Of a DNA stretch of 64,000 nt, positions 52,640 to 64,000 are shown in pieces (position 1 is the first letter of the stretch; each line of letters begins with the position of its first letter). A program made the position numbers and the translations under genes. The notes under the pieces are model-generated. The model made no database searches. It was not told the DNA's origin and saw only the letters and a program-made list of their open reading frames with translations. Origin of the DNA: Lama glama. Its lineage: Eukaryota. The stretch covers positions 74,526,001-74,590,000 of the forward strand of contig CM052817.1 of assembly GCA_028534125.1 (NCBI GenBank), read 5' to 3'.

Positions 52640-55600
52640 CTCATTCATTTTAATGGCTGCAGACGATTTCATGAAATGGCTCATTTACTAATTATTCAAT
52701 CATTTTTCAATTGCTGGGCATTCTGTTTCCAACCATCGTCTTCCCCCAAATCATTGCCAAGTTTATACAGTGCTGTAGTGAACAGCTACTATTTTTTTTC
52801 TAGTATTTTCATTGGATTCTTTCTTAGAGTTTCTACCTCTCCACTGAAGTTTACTCAGGAGGCAGTTTTTTCAGGGCTCTCATTAGGTGAGAACTGTGTA
52901 AATGAAACCCACGAGAGGGTATCGGCTCCCCCTTTGTCTGGGCCAGCATTTGTAAGCATTATGTAGCTAATAATCAATCAAGTAGCTAATGGCCATTTTC
53001 CAAAATGATTGAACCAATTTATTATCACTCTTAAATTTTAATCTAGTTGGTCATGATAAGAGTTATATATCACTATTACTTTAATTATTGTTTCCCTGGC
53101 TACTTATGAGATGAGCATATATTTTTAATCCTTTTTATTAGTTCTGCTGGACACTTTCTATTAATCTCTTTTACCTGTTTTTCTACTAGCTTTCTTTTGT
53201 TTTCATTTCATAAAGGACTTTTTATTATAGGATTAAACTCTATGTGTGTAATAAGCATCCTTGAAATATTTTGCAATCTATTCCTGGTCTATTGCTTTTG
53301 TTTATATCTGAAGTGATGCAGAAGTTATCAATTTTATATAGTCAGTATATCTATCTAGGATGTCTGTCTTTTGCACTTCTTTTTTACTGGTCTTAGTTGG
53401 AAGTCTCCCTGATGTTTAGGTTACATATGTATAATCTCCTAAATTTTCTTTTCTTTTCTTTTTAAATTTACTTTTTAAATAACATTTTATGTTTAAATTT
53501 TAGTATATTGGAATTGATTTTATAAATGGTGTATGATAGGATCTTTATTTTTTCCAGGCAGAGAGCCAGTAGTAGTAGCACTATTTATACATAAACCATC
53601 TTTTGCTAACTGAATTGAAATTATTACTTCATCATAGATTACATGTATGTGTCTGTGTGGGGATGTGTCTACATGGGGATGTGTCTGTGTATTTATTTCA
53701 GTGGATATATTTGGTCTTTTTTTCCTTCATATCAGTAACATACAGATTTAAAATTTAAAGTAATTTTATTCAATTAATAATCATTTGGGATTTTAATCAA
53801 ATGTATATTAAATTTTTATGTTATTGAAAGTAAAACAAATGCTTGCCTTCGCAGCCCAGAAAATAAAATATACTTTCTTATTTAAGCCTCTTAATAAGGT
53901 TTGTAATTTTAAAATACATACACCTTTATGCCAATTGTTAAATGTATTTTATATTTTTCTTTTGTTATTGTGAATGAACCTAAATTTAAAAAAATTTTGA
54001 TCTGGATATTGCTCCTTTAGAGAAAAGTTAATGTTTTCTACAAATGTACCTTATATCAGACATTTTCCAACATTTTCTTATTCAGTAGTTTTGATTTTTG
54101 TTGTATTATTTTTGCTAGAAGTTATTGGATTTTTCTAAGTATAATAGCAATATATTCTGTAAGGAGCACAAACAAAATCCCACTTCAATAGCTTTAGGCT
54201 AGAAGGAAAATTAATTTCCACAGACAAAACGAGTTTCGTACATAGAAGAGATCTGACATTGTTTAGTTAAGTGACACAAGGATGTGGGTTCTTTACCTCC
54301 CAGTGTTGCCTGTCAGTGTCAGCTTCCTCTCAGCTAGCAACTCTCGTTGTTACAAGATGACTGCACGGTTTCATGTGTCACACGGTGATATTCCTATTAG
54401 AGTACTACACAGAGCACACACCATGGGAGAAACCTTCTCAAGACTGAGAAAATTACTTTCCCAAATATTGCCAGCAGATTTCTGATCGTGTCTAATTGTT
54501 GATACTTGTGTTACATGCCTCTACCAAAAGCAGTAGCTGATCATGCAGATGGAACCCCATGACTGACTTAGACCAATAGGACTTAACCATGAGTATCAAG
54601 GAAATGGGAGGTTACCAAGTAAGGCTAGTTTTTTAGCAAATAAAGTGGTAGGAGTGACTATTCGGTAGGCACCTACAAAACCTTACATGTTGTCAGTAGT
54701 ATTCGTTTTATTTACTTTTGGCCAATTATGTATAAGAATAATTTTTTCACTTGGCCTATTAAATTTGCTGGAATAGCCTAAAGATGTTGAATGTAAATGG
54801 TGATGGTAAGCACCCTCTGTTCTTTCTGTTTTTAATAACTTCAGCATTTTACCAACTTGCATGAGCTTTGCTGGGTTTTTTTCCGTCATAATTTTAAATA
54901 GTTTTCTTCTATTCATACTTTAGCAAAAGTAAAAGTTACTAATTCAATAGAAAACAAGAGCAACAAAGAGTATAAAAAATAATTAAATCTAAGAAAAGAA
55001 TCCTTGAAAGACTATAAAGGTAAATGATTTTCTCTTGCTGCTGCTAAGGGAAAAGGACTTAAAATATTTGAATAAATAAAAGACACACCTAATATTTGGA
55101 TAATAATTTTTAATGCTGTAAAGATGTGAATTCTTCCTAAATTAATCTATAAAATATGTCATCCTGATAAAACAAGAGATTTTTTTAAAAACTTGATATG
55201 ATGATATTAATGATTAACTGGAATGGTAGAAATAGGAGAATAGGCAGGAAACCTTTGAAAGCTGAGTAAAGGAGCTGTCTAGAGCTAGCCCTCCCAGAGA
55301 ATAAAGCTTTAAATTAAGCTTGAGCCATTAAAGCAGTGTGGTACTGACTCATGAATATACAGACAGAAAGGCAGAAAAGAAATAGGCTTAAAGACACATA
55401 GAAATTTGGAATATAACAAAACTATTTCATACTAGACATGTAAAGATGAGTTACTTAATAATTATAAAATTATTGTGAAAATTTACAAGGTATTAAGAAA
55501 AAGATAAGCAGATTATACACTTAATTCCATATATGTGATACAATTGCAGATAGAAGAAAGATGTAAATTTTTTTTTAAAGACCATAGCACACACTATAGA

Positions 55601-56000
55601 ATACTAGTTTTATGTTTAGGTAATTTTTTTAGAAAGTGGAGTGATTTTAAATAATATAATAAAACCCCAAGTTCACAAAGCTAAGAAATAACTGACAAAT
55701 TATATTAAATATTTTAAAATTATATAGCAAAAAAATCCTTAAAAGAGTCAAAAGACAGCTGTAAAATTAGAAAAATTATTTGTCACTCACTTCACAGGAA
55801 AGACATGTTGATGTATAATTTTTGAAAAATTAATAAGATGACATATACAAGTATAAAATGAGTATCTCAAACATTTAATTAACTCATTAATGAAATTGCA
55901 AAGTTTTTAAGAATCGTATTTGACATTAGGTAATTTCCTGGTATAAAAATAAACTCTTAAAAATCAGAAAGGAAGCAAGACCCAATGAAAAAATTATGCA
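52640..56000. mobile_element. Mixed old L1 fragments (minus to ~54910, plus from ~55090) interrupted by an MLT1-like LTR (~54160-54685)
   Basis: Degenerate L1 phrases (gtaaagatgtgaattcttcctaaattaatctata; aaagcagtgtggtactg); LTR-like gacttagaccaatagga. Confidence 0.55.
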
Positions 56001-57042
56001 ATGAACATTGAAGACAGTTGACAGGATAATTTAATATCCAAAAATATCATTAAGAATATTATGACAATGAATAGGGACAAAGAATACATGTAACAAATTC
56101 ACTAAAATTTGAATTTTACTGAAACTTACAGAGAAATTTTATTATCCACATTTTACAAGAAACTTGGTCAAGTCTCTGGATAGCTGACTTCAAAGGAAAT
56201 TTTAAAAATTGGTTATTCCAAATAAATTACCTTAAAATTCTTTAATTCTAGACCTCCATTCTGTTTTTTTTTTCAAGTTTCTGTGCAAACATTTTGCTAA
56301 TGTAACAGTGATTTTTTTCAGATTTTTAAGCTTTAAAAGGATTGTTGGCACTCTTGTGGTATCCCAAAGAATAATTATCAACTTTCTTTATCCTTTGTTC
56401 TTGTATAAAATAAAATAATTCCCAGGAAAAGCTTATTCTCATTTTCTAAAGATAATGATTGATGTGTATAAACTAAAATTTGTGAAAATATTTTAACACT
56501 ATTGTATTTTAGTTCGTGAGGAATTATAAAACAAGATAAAATTATCACATATACCTATATTCATAGGATCTGGGAAGTTTCCAGTGAACCTCTTTTAGTT
56601 ATAAATTGAAAAGGTTTATTTTACTTTTTTTCTAGTGAAGCTAATACATGCCCATAAACAAAGCAAGACAGAATATAAATTTACTTAAAGTTATGGCTGT
56701 CATAAGCACCATTGAGAAAGACCCTCAGCAATATCTCTCTGATATTTAGATATCTGTTTAATAGCAATGTCAAAACTTGTTTATAGATTGCCTAGTGATA
56801 TCAGCAAACTGAAGACTTTGGAATAGAGAGAGCTATATTGACCCAAAAGACATTCTTTAATGCAAGCATTGAGGCTGCAGCAATCTCAAAACTGGAGATT
56901 CAAGGAGTGTCTTTTATAGTTGAATGTAGATCTTTTGTGTCTGTCTCAATTCTCCTCTCTCACCTTAGAAGAATTCCAAGAATGGAATTCTAAGGATAAA
57001 AAATATACACCCTTAAATTTTTATATATTACCGACTCTTTCT

Positions 57043-57535
57043 TAGTGTAGGTTCTCTTGAATGTTAAACATGAGACAGAGGACTGGGTCTAGAAAGGTAA
57101 TTTGGAAATACAATCCCAGGAAGTAGGAGTCCAGCACAGGGTAATGAAACATGGAAGGAGGGAAACATGAAACAGTCATTTATTATTGAATATCCACCAC
57201 TTCAGGCACAGGTGCTAAATTTCCTGGCACCTTATGAGGAATTGTAGGAAATGATTCTTAGTGCTGTCTGCCCAGGGAATAAGTTTCGTCTTTTCTCCAT
57301 TGGTCAGGGTGGCCCCTCAGGCATTAACTCCGTCTTGCTTGCAGGCTGCTCTGAGAAAGTTCTCACTGAAAACCCTCACCAGAGCATCACACAAGCCCTA
57401 TGTCCTGAAGCAAGAGAGAGACAGTAAGGCTTGAGGCAAAGGGCTGTTGATTGTACATGAACAAAAGCAGGTAGCAGTGTCAAGAGTGAGAGGTGGAGTT
57501 GAGAGGAATTTCAAGTAGGGTAGAAATGTCCAATA
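57043..57535 (-). mobile_element. ERVL solo LTR (LTR16/LTR40/LTR41 group)
   Basis: taggttctcttg...tgagacagaggact...atttggaaatacaatcccaggaag; cattggtcagggtggcccc. Confidence 0.55.
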
Positions 57536-58229
57536 AAACTGACAGCTTTGCTTTCAGAAAAGTTATTCTAATTTAGATTTCTACCAGGAGAGTGGACACA
57601 GTCATGTGTGCATACATGTACATATGTGCATGCAAACGAAGTAATATTATCCTGATATAAATACATAAGAGAGGGCCTTAAAAATTATTATAAAATATAA
57701 ATGTATGTTTCACTCATCTTTATAAATTCAGTTAGCAATGATCTAGTGGGTCTGTCTCATGCTGTATTACAGGAATTGCTGTAGATGCAAAAATGATAGA
57801 ATGACCGTTACTCCTCTTCTTTTCTTGACTGCCTCCTGCTTGTCCATCTAGTTACCTTAATCATCGTCTTCTCCATTACATCACAGTGTATTTTCATTGT
57901 CATCAGAAAAAGAGATGAATTAACAGACAGTTAAAATGGCAATGATAAGTACTTAGAGGCACATATGTGAGGAATATTAGAGGATCTGATGCTTGATCAC
58001 TGTGTTGAAGAATGGTTGAGTAGAGATTATCCAGTGAAATGAAACTTGAGAAGTAATAGGTGCTTGAAGCAAAAGAAGCAGAATGTACAAAAGCCTTGAG
58101 GTGAGAAAACATGGAAATTTGAGCAAATAGCAAACAGGAATTGAATATCATAATACAATAAGAAATAAAGACCAGCATTCAAGATCTATAAATATTTCAG
58201 GAGAAAAAAAATGTGTAAAAGAAACTAAT

Positions 58230-59280
58230 ACATCAGAAACCAAAAGTTCATCCTTGATATTTCCCTCTTACTTCTATATCATCTGCTGAGTTGATATTTA
58301 CCTCCTATACCTCTGTCCTATTAGTACGCTCTTTTTCATCTCTGCTACCAACACCCTAGTCCAAGTGTTTTCATGTGCTTGGGCTGCCAAAATAAAATAC
58401 CATAGACTGAGTGTCTTAAATAACAGAAATTTATTTTCTCACAGTTTTGGAGGCTGAAAAGTTCAATAGCAAGGTTTCAAGAGAGTTTGATTTCCTTGGC
58501 GCTCTCTCCTGGCCCTTAGACAGCCACCTTCTCACTGTGTCTCTGCATGGCAGAAGGCGATAGATACTTGTATCTCTTCCACTTTTATAAGGGCACTGGT
58601 TCTACTGGATCAAAGATCCACTCTTATGACCTCATTTAACCTTAGTCACCTCTTTCAGGGCTTTGTTTTCAGCATAGTCACATGGGGGCTTTACTGTGTC
58701 AACATATGAATTTGGGAGGAATATAATTCAATCTATATAGCACCAAGCTGTCATTATTTCTTGCCTGAGCTACTAAATTAACTTTCTAATTGATGTGCCT
58801 GTATCTCCTTTTGTCCCCATCCAAATTGCTGTCATTATAGCTGCAATCTTTTTAGAATACATATCACTTTTCCATTGATGATAACTAAACGGCTTTCCAT
58901 TAGTTTTCAAATAAAAACAGTGATTAAAATTTTGCCTAAAATGCCCTGTATGTTTTTGTCCATGCATACTGCTCCAGCTCTGTCTCCACCATGCTCTTAT
59001 GTGCTCTGTCTCCAGCCACGCTGGACTTAAACATTCACGGTCCTTACCACCAAGTGGCCTTCAGACATGTTTTTTTCTCTGTAGGGAATGCTCTGCCTCC
59101 CACAGCTTGCTTGTCTAATGAAGTCTATTTCCTCAGATCTTAGAAAGAATTATTGTGTCTTAATTAAGCCAAAACTCCTGAGACGAGACCGTGCCCATTT
59201 TGTTTGTGTGTGTTCTTAGTGCCTATTAGAATGGCTGGTGCATAAGTGGTGCTTAATAAAGTCTTTGAATACATTAATAA
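58230..59280. mobile_element. L2 remnant containing an MLT1A/B LTR insertion (~58365-58741)
   Basis: ccctagtccaag...ttatttcttgcctga L2 phrases split by gggctgccaaaataaaataccatagactg...atgacctcatttaacctt. Confidence 0.75.
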
Positions 59281-62003
59281 TTCATGACAGTATAGATCTC
59301 AGAGGATTTGTTTTAAAAGACTCCATAGCCAAATAAAGCCATATCACTCTCTCCAAGTTTCAAGATGGAATTTCCCAAACTATAATTTATTAAATACTAA
59401 TGTCCTATTAGATATTAATGTGTGACAAAGTAGAATTTTGGATTTCTAGAAATGCTGGGTTAAATGAGATTTTTTTTTTTACTGCAAGATTCTAGGTTCT
59501 TTAATAGCTTACTGTATAAGATAATCTTCTGGAGGAGATCATCCTATTTAACATAACCTCTTGATCTCAAAGTTGTGCTTACAGAACATCCCTTACCATC
59601 ATGAGTAAGACACATGTTCCAAATGCATACTTTGGCACATAGGCTTAGGGAATTTAGCTATACCTACGCTAAGGTAATTAAAAGAAATGCCAATTGATAG
59701 ATTCAGAATCATTCATCATTGTCCATTTGTATTAAAAATTCCTTCTCTGAGATCCTTTATTAAACAAGGTAGTTATTGTTCTCTCCTTTTATTGGCTTCT
59801 AAATTTGAAAATAAATTATACAGCCTGTAGAATACCTTTACACTATTTTTATTTTGAAACAAATAGAATGGTAATAGAAGCCAGGATGTTGTCATTTCTT
59901 CCAGATACATTCATTTAGCAAATATTAATTAAGAATTGTTTGCTTACAAGGCTTGGCACTGTGGGAGATACTTATTTGTAGTAGGTGTGGCCTCTATACA
60001 CAAGAAGTGTGTAATAGACAAGAAGGTTTAACCATGTATGCGGTAATTGCAGCACAATAAGCACAAAATAAGTACCATATTAGTGGAACAAAATGCCATA
60101 GGAATTCATTAGAAAAACAGATAATTTTTTCCTTTGAGACACAAGCAAACAATACCTAATAAAGATATAATTATAATGAGTGAAGTGAGGGTTTCAGCTT
60201 AATAGTCTTAATAATAATGTCTTCAGTAAACAAGAAGGCAAGGCTACCTGAAGATCTAGAGTGTGTAGGAAAGTTAGGCAAGAGAATTTGAGAAGATGCG
60301 AGATTTGAAATTTGAGTTGTAAGGGGTGGACTAATTTGTCATCTAGGGGTGAAGAATCAGATTGTCAAGTAACTTTGAGAACACAATTGAAAATAGTCAG
60401 CATGAATTTACAATAGGTCAGTCAGCATGATTCTATGATTAACAAAGTCAAATGAGAGAAATGCTCTTCTTAACTATCTGTGGCAGACAGTGTGGGAAAA
60501 TTTAACTCTTTATTTGAGCAAAAAGTCTATTTTGAACTATAATAGGCTATTAATCTTCACTGCTAATTCCTCAGGTCATTGAACTTTTACAGAGAGGCTG
60601 ACATCACTATTGAAGAACCATGCACTTCAATTTATGTTTCTGCCTCAGGGTGTTGAAATATAAAATAATAGAGGACTCAGACTTTATCTCATGCTCCAGG
60701 TGCCGTTGGTTATCTGTAAATATTATACAATGAGAGAGTGTAATGTCCTGTACAGTTGTATTTCACTCAGAATACAGTGTTATGTTCCAAGTGGTTACAC
60801 ATGATTTATAATTGTCGGTGAGACAGTTCTGCCAGGCAAATTGTGTTATGGCTTATTTTCACTTATCACATTCAATAAATCACTTTAAAAACAGGCCACA
60901 GCATACATGAAGCGCTGCAAAACAGCAATTAAAAATTCATTTGCCTTAATATCGTGTTATGGAGAGCTTCAAGTTATTGGGAAAATTAAATGAATTTTCT
61001 TCTGTAAAGATTAAGTATATACCCCCAATATTTTTTTGTCCTGTTTCCACAAAAGGAATAATGGAGTGGGATTATAGTGCATTATTTTATACTTTTATAC
61101 TCTCAGTGCTTTTGGGTATTTCCAACTCTGTCACCACATAAGCTCTGAGTGCACAGTGTAACTCCAGAATGTCCTCAAAAATGAGTCTTCAGTAAGAAAT
61201 TTCATATGTTCTTAGTACTGCAGTTTGTAATTTCTCTTCCATTCACCTTCTGTGTATAAGTCAATGGAAACAGAAGGAAGAAAATCTTAAGAGGGAAAGA
61301 AAGAATGTTTTTGTTCCTACATCTTGACCTAAGCAAATAAGCTATGCCCTGTGTGAAGGTGATCATTACCTATGAGGATTAAGTCCATTTTCTCTTATTT
61401 CTCTTACTTGTGTACAAAAGTCAAGAAATAGTTCTTTGATCTAATAGCCTCCAAGTACATGGACTGGTGGATGGATTCCTGACCCTATTCAGTGCATGGA
61501 TGGCCACTGCATTGTGATGCATAGAACAGGGAGGGCAGCACTGTAAACACACTAAGCCCTAGACTCAGTTTTCAGGGGTGTGGCAGCTGCTGTTGAGTCA
61601 TCTGATTCTGATGACACCCTGAGACCCAATGCTGCTTCTCTATCTCTCCACAGACAGAAAACTTGGTGTCTCACATAGTCAAGCCATGGTCAAGAGATTA
61701 TCAAGTTAGCAGATGGGAATAAATGCATTCAAAACCTACAACATCCAGACTCTTCTTTTTCTTCTTTCCCAATTCAACCTTCATGACAATTCCCTCTACA
61801 TGTTCTCTAGATTCCAGCTCTGTGTATCTCCTCAAATATCTTGGCTAAACTGAGTGTCCTCTTTCAGTCCTGAAATACCAGTATTACCTCTCCACTGAAT
61901 TATTCTTTTCAACACACCAGTGTGGTCTAGTATCTCCCATATTTAAAAAAAAAAAATCCTGGCCCCACATATTTTGGTGCTACCAATACTGTTTACTTCC
62001 TTA

Positions 62004-62501
62004 TGATGTAGCCAGACTTTTGTCTATAATCTGGTGCTTTCGAGGTCACAGAGTAGAGACATATTTCTTATTTTTTGGGTTGCCTTGGTTCATGGTCCTA
62101 GTTGCCCTGTCTGTTCCCTTTCTAGGTGACTTGCCAAAGAGTTGGCTCCACAGCACTGGGTAAGCTCATCAAAAGAAAACAAGGTCTCTACAGCTCATAA
62201 GTGACATTAGTATATGACCTCTCCTAAGTTACTGTCTTACAAGACCATATCCACAGCCAGGAAGCTTCCATTATTACGTGGTTGGCTCCAGTTCCTTGAC
62301 TTTTCTTAACTGTCCAATAAATATATGTGCCACAGAGAGAGAGAGTCCTTCTCATACAGCACTTTCCATGTTTTGTCCATCTGGCCCATGGTATGATGAA
62401 TAGAAAGGTAACTTGTGCATCCTACTGACTCTATTGCCTCTACACTTTCCCTAATAAATACTTCCTAGAGACTAGTATATGTGCATCTGTGTCCTGCATA
62501 A
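62004..62501 (+). mobile_element. Old ERV solo LTR inserted into L2
   Basis: tgatgtag start; cctaataaatacttcc...tgtcctgcataaca end; L2-like sequence on both sides. Confidence 0.45.
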
Positions 62502-62635
62502 CAGTCCCCAGTGACCTCCATGCTCAGCTCTAATGGATGCTCTCCTGTCTTCATTTTATTCAAGCTCTCAGTAGCATTCAGCATGTGAACCATTCCATCT
62601 TTATTTTTCCCTTCCCTAGTTTCCATGACTCTATA

Positions 62636-62831
62636 CCAACAGGTCTCAAACTTGAGAGTGAATCAGAATCACCAAAAACACAGATGGCTTCCCACCCCAG
62701 CCCCTGGAGTTTCTGTTTGTAGTTCTGTATCTGTAGGTTTGAGGTGGGGCCTGAGAATTTGCATCTCTAACATGTTCCTAGGTGATGCTGATGCTTTTGT
62801 TCTGGGGGCCACACTTTGAAAATGACCACTG
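62636..62831. mobile_element. MER5A hAT MITE
   Basis: tctcaaactt...atcagaatcacc...ggggcctgagaatttgcatctctaacatgttcctaggtgatgctgatgc...cacactttg. Confidence 0.85.
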
Positions 62832-64000
62832 TATACTCTCATGGAAACTTCATTTGTCTTTATACAAGGTCCTCATTTAATTATGCCATCATTGTGGACA
62901 CTTCTCATCATCTTCTTTGCCAGATTAGCCTCCTTCAAATGACCTCTAATTTCTCCTCATAGTTCAGTCCCATCCTTCAGTCTTCATCCTGTCCTAGATA
63001 GCTTTACCATTTAAAACACAAATCTCTAGCCTGCACATTTTGAATAAAGTTGGCTAGTCTTTAAGCCTCAGTCATCACATGGTGTCGTGGTGAGGATTAG
63101 GTTGTAAATTTCAATTTGGCCCAGACAGAAATAGTGCCATGATAATTAATAAAGTAGGAACACTAATACTAATTATGGTAATCAATCATAGAGTATATAC
63201 TCCTTTAAAGTAGGTCTTTAAAAGATAAATTCAGAACCTAAAATATTTTCAGAAACATTACATTTTATATAGATAATCCTATAAATTACATCTCCATAGC
63301 TTTAATTATTTTTGCATTCCTTGTTTTAAATCTGTAGCATCATTCATAATTCATTAATCTTCTGACTAGATAAACTATTTTAAGTTCTGTTTTCAGTCAT
63401 TCCCTGAGCAAATTTATATAAGACCGGCATTCTGTCAAGTTTTATAATTATTTATTACATAATTTTCTTCAGTGCTGGAATTTTATTGGTGATATGCCCA
63501 AAGAAAAGCTGTTACTTAACAAAGTGAAGATGTAGTTATTCAAACAAATGGCTTTTTGACAGCATACTTCTTTCATGTTGGACAGAAACACTCATCACCT
63601 TTTTGTGTAAGAAAAGCACTATTTTTTTCTAGAAACCCATTCTAATTGCATTATTTCTTGAAGTTATATAATCATACTTTTCACGTTGAAAGAAATCTGG
63701 CATACCCATCCAGCCCACCTCATTGCATACAAGCGGAGGACTGTAAATCATCTTAAGAATTCTTCATTCTTTCACCATGTCTATCTTTATTTAAAAGTAA
63801 TTAATTAATTGATTCCATGTCTATCTTTCCTCATGATCTTTGGGAGATTTTAATTATTTACTTAATTTTGGTTATTAAAAGGCTTTGTTTATGATGTATC
63901 TGTTTATGATGTAATTGTATAGAGTGGGCAAGTTCCTCAAAATCATTTGTAAATTGATTCATTTGAAAAATATAAAGCAAAGCTTAATATTTATATGAGG

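Noticed and set aside
1..64000. Prokaryotic systems (CRISPR arrays, operons), tRNA or rRNA genes
   Set aside because: The sequence is mammalian repeat-rich DNA; I saw no regularly spaced repeat-spacer array or structural RNA gene.

Overview
Mammalian (eutherian) nuclear DNA: AT-rich, CpG-depleted and dominated by interspersed repeats (L1 of several ages, L2, MIR, MaLR/ERVL/ERV1/Gypsy-like solo LTRs, hAT MITEs). I saw no Alu, B1, Bov-tA, PRE-1 or CanSINE. The repeat content suggests a laurasiatherian, possibly a camelid (inference only). I could not identify an intact protein-coding gene; the listed ORFs are L1 fragments or chance ORFs, and a few splice-site-bounded segments hint at a lncRNA or long-intron host. 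Main finding: a ~1.05 kb decayed, retroposed sequence at ~27420-28480 (+). Its frame-shifted translation shows colinear motifs of the bornavirus nucleoprotein and it ends in TAAAAAAA plus an A-rich tail, making it a candidate endogenous bornavirus-like N (EBLN) element. Other structure: a ~5.8 kb inversion marked by a near-perfect 184/185-bp inverted duplication (46130-46313 / 51900-52084) with junction microhomologies; a tail-less internal L1 ORF2 fragment flanked by a perfect 13-bp TSD; an internally deleted L1 with TSDs; and a fold-back pair of MaLR LTR halves. Repeat family names and protein comparisons come from memory of consensus sequences, not database searches. Most repeat boundaries are approximate.
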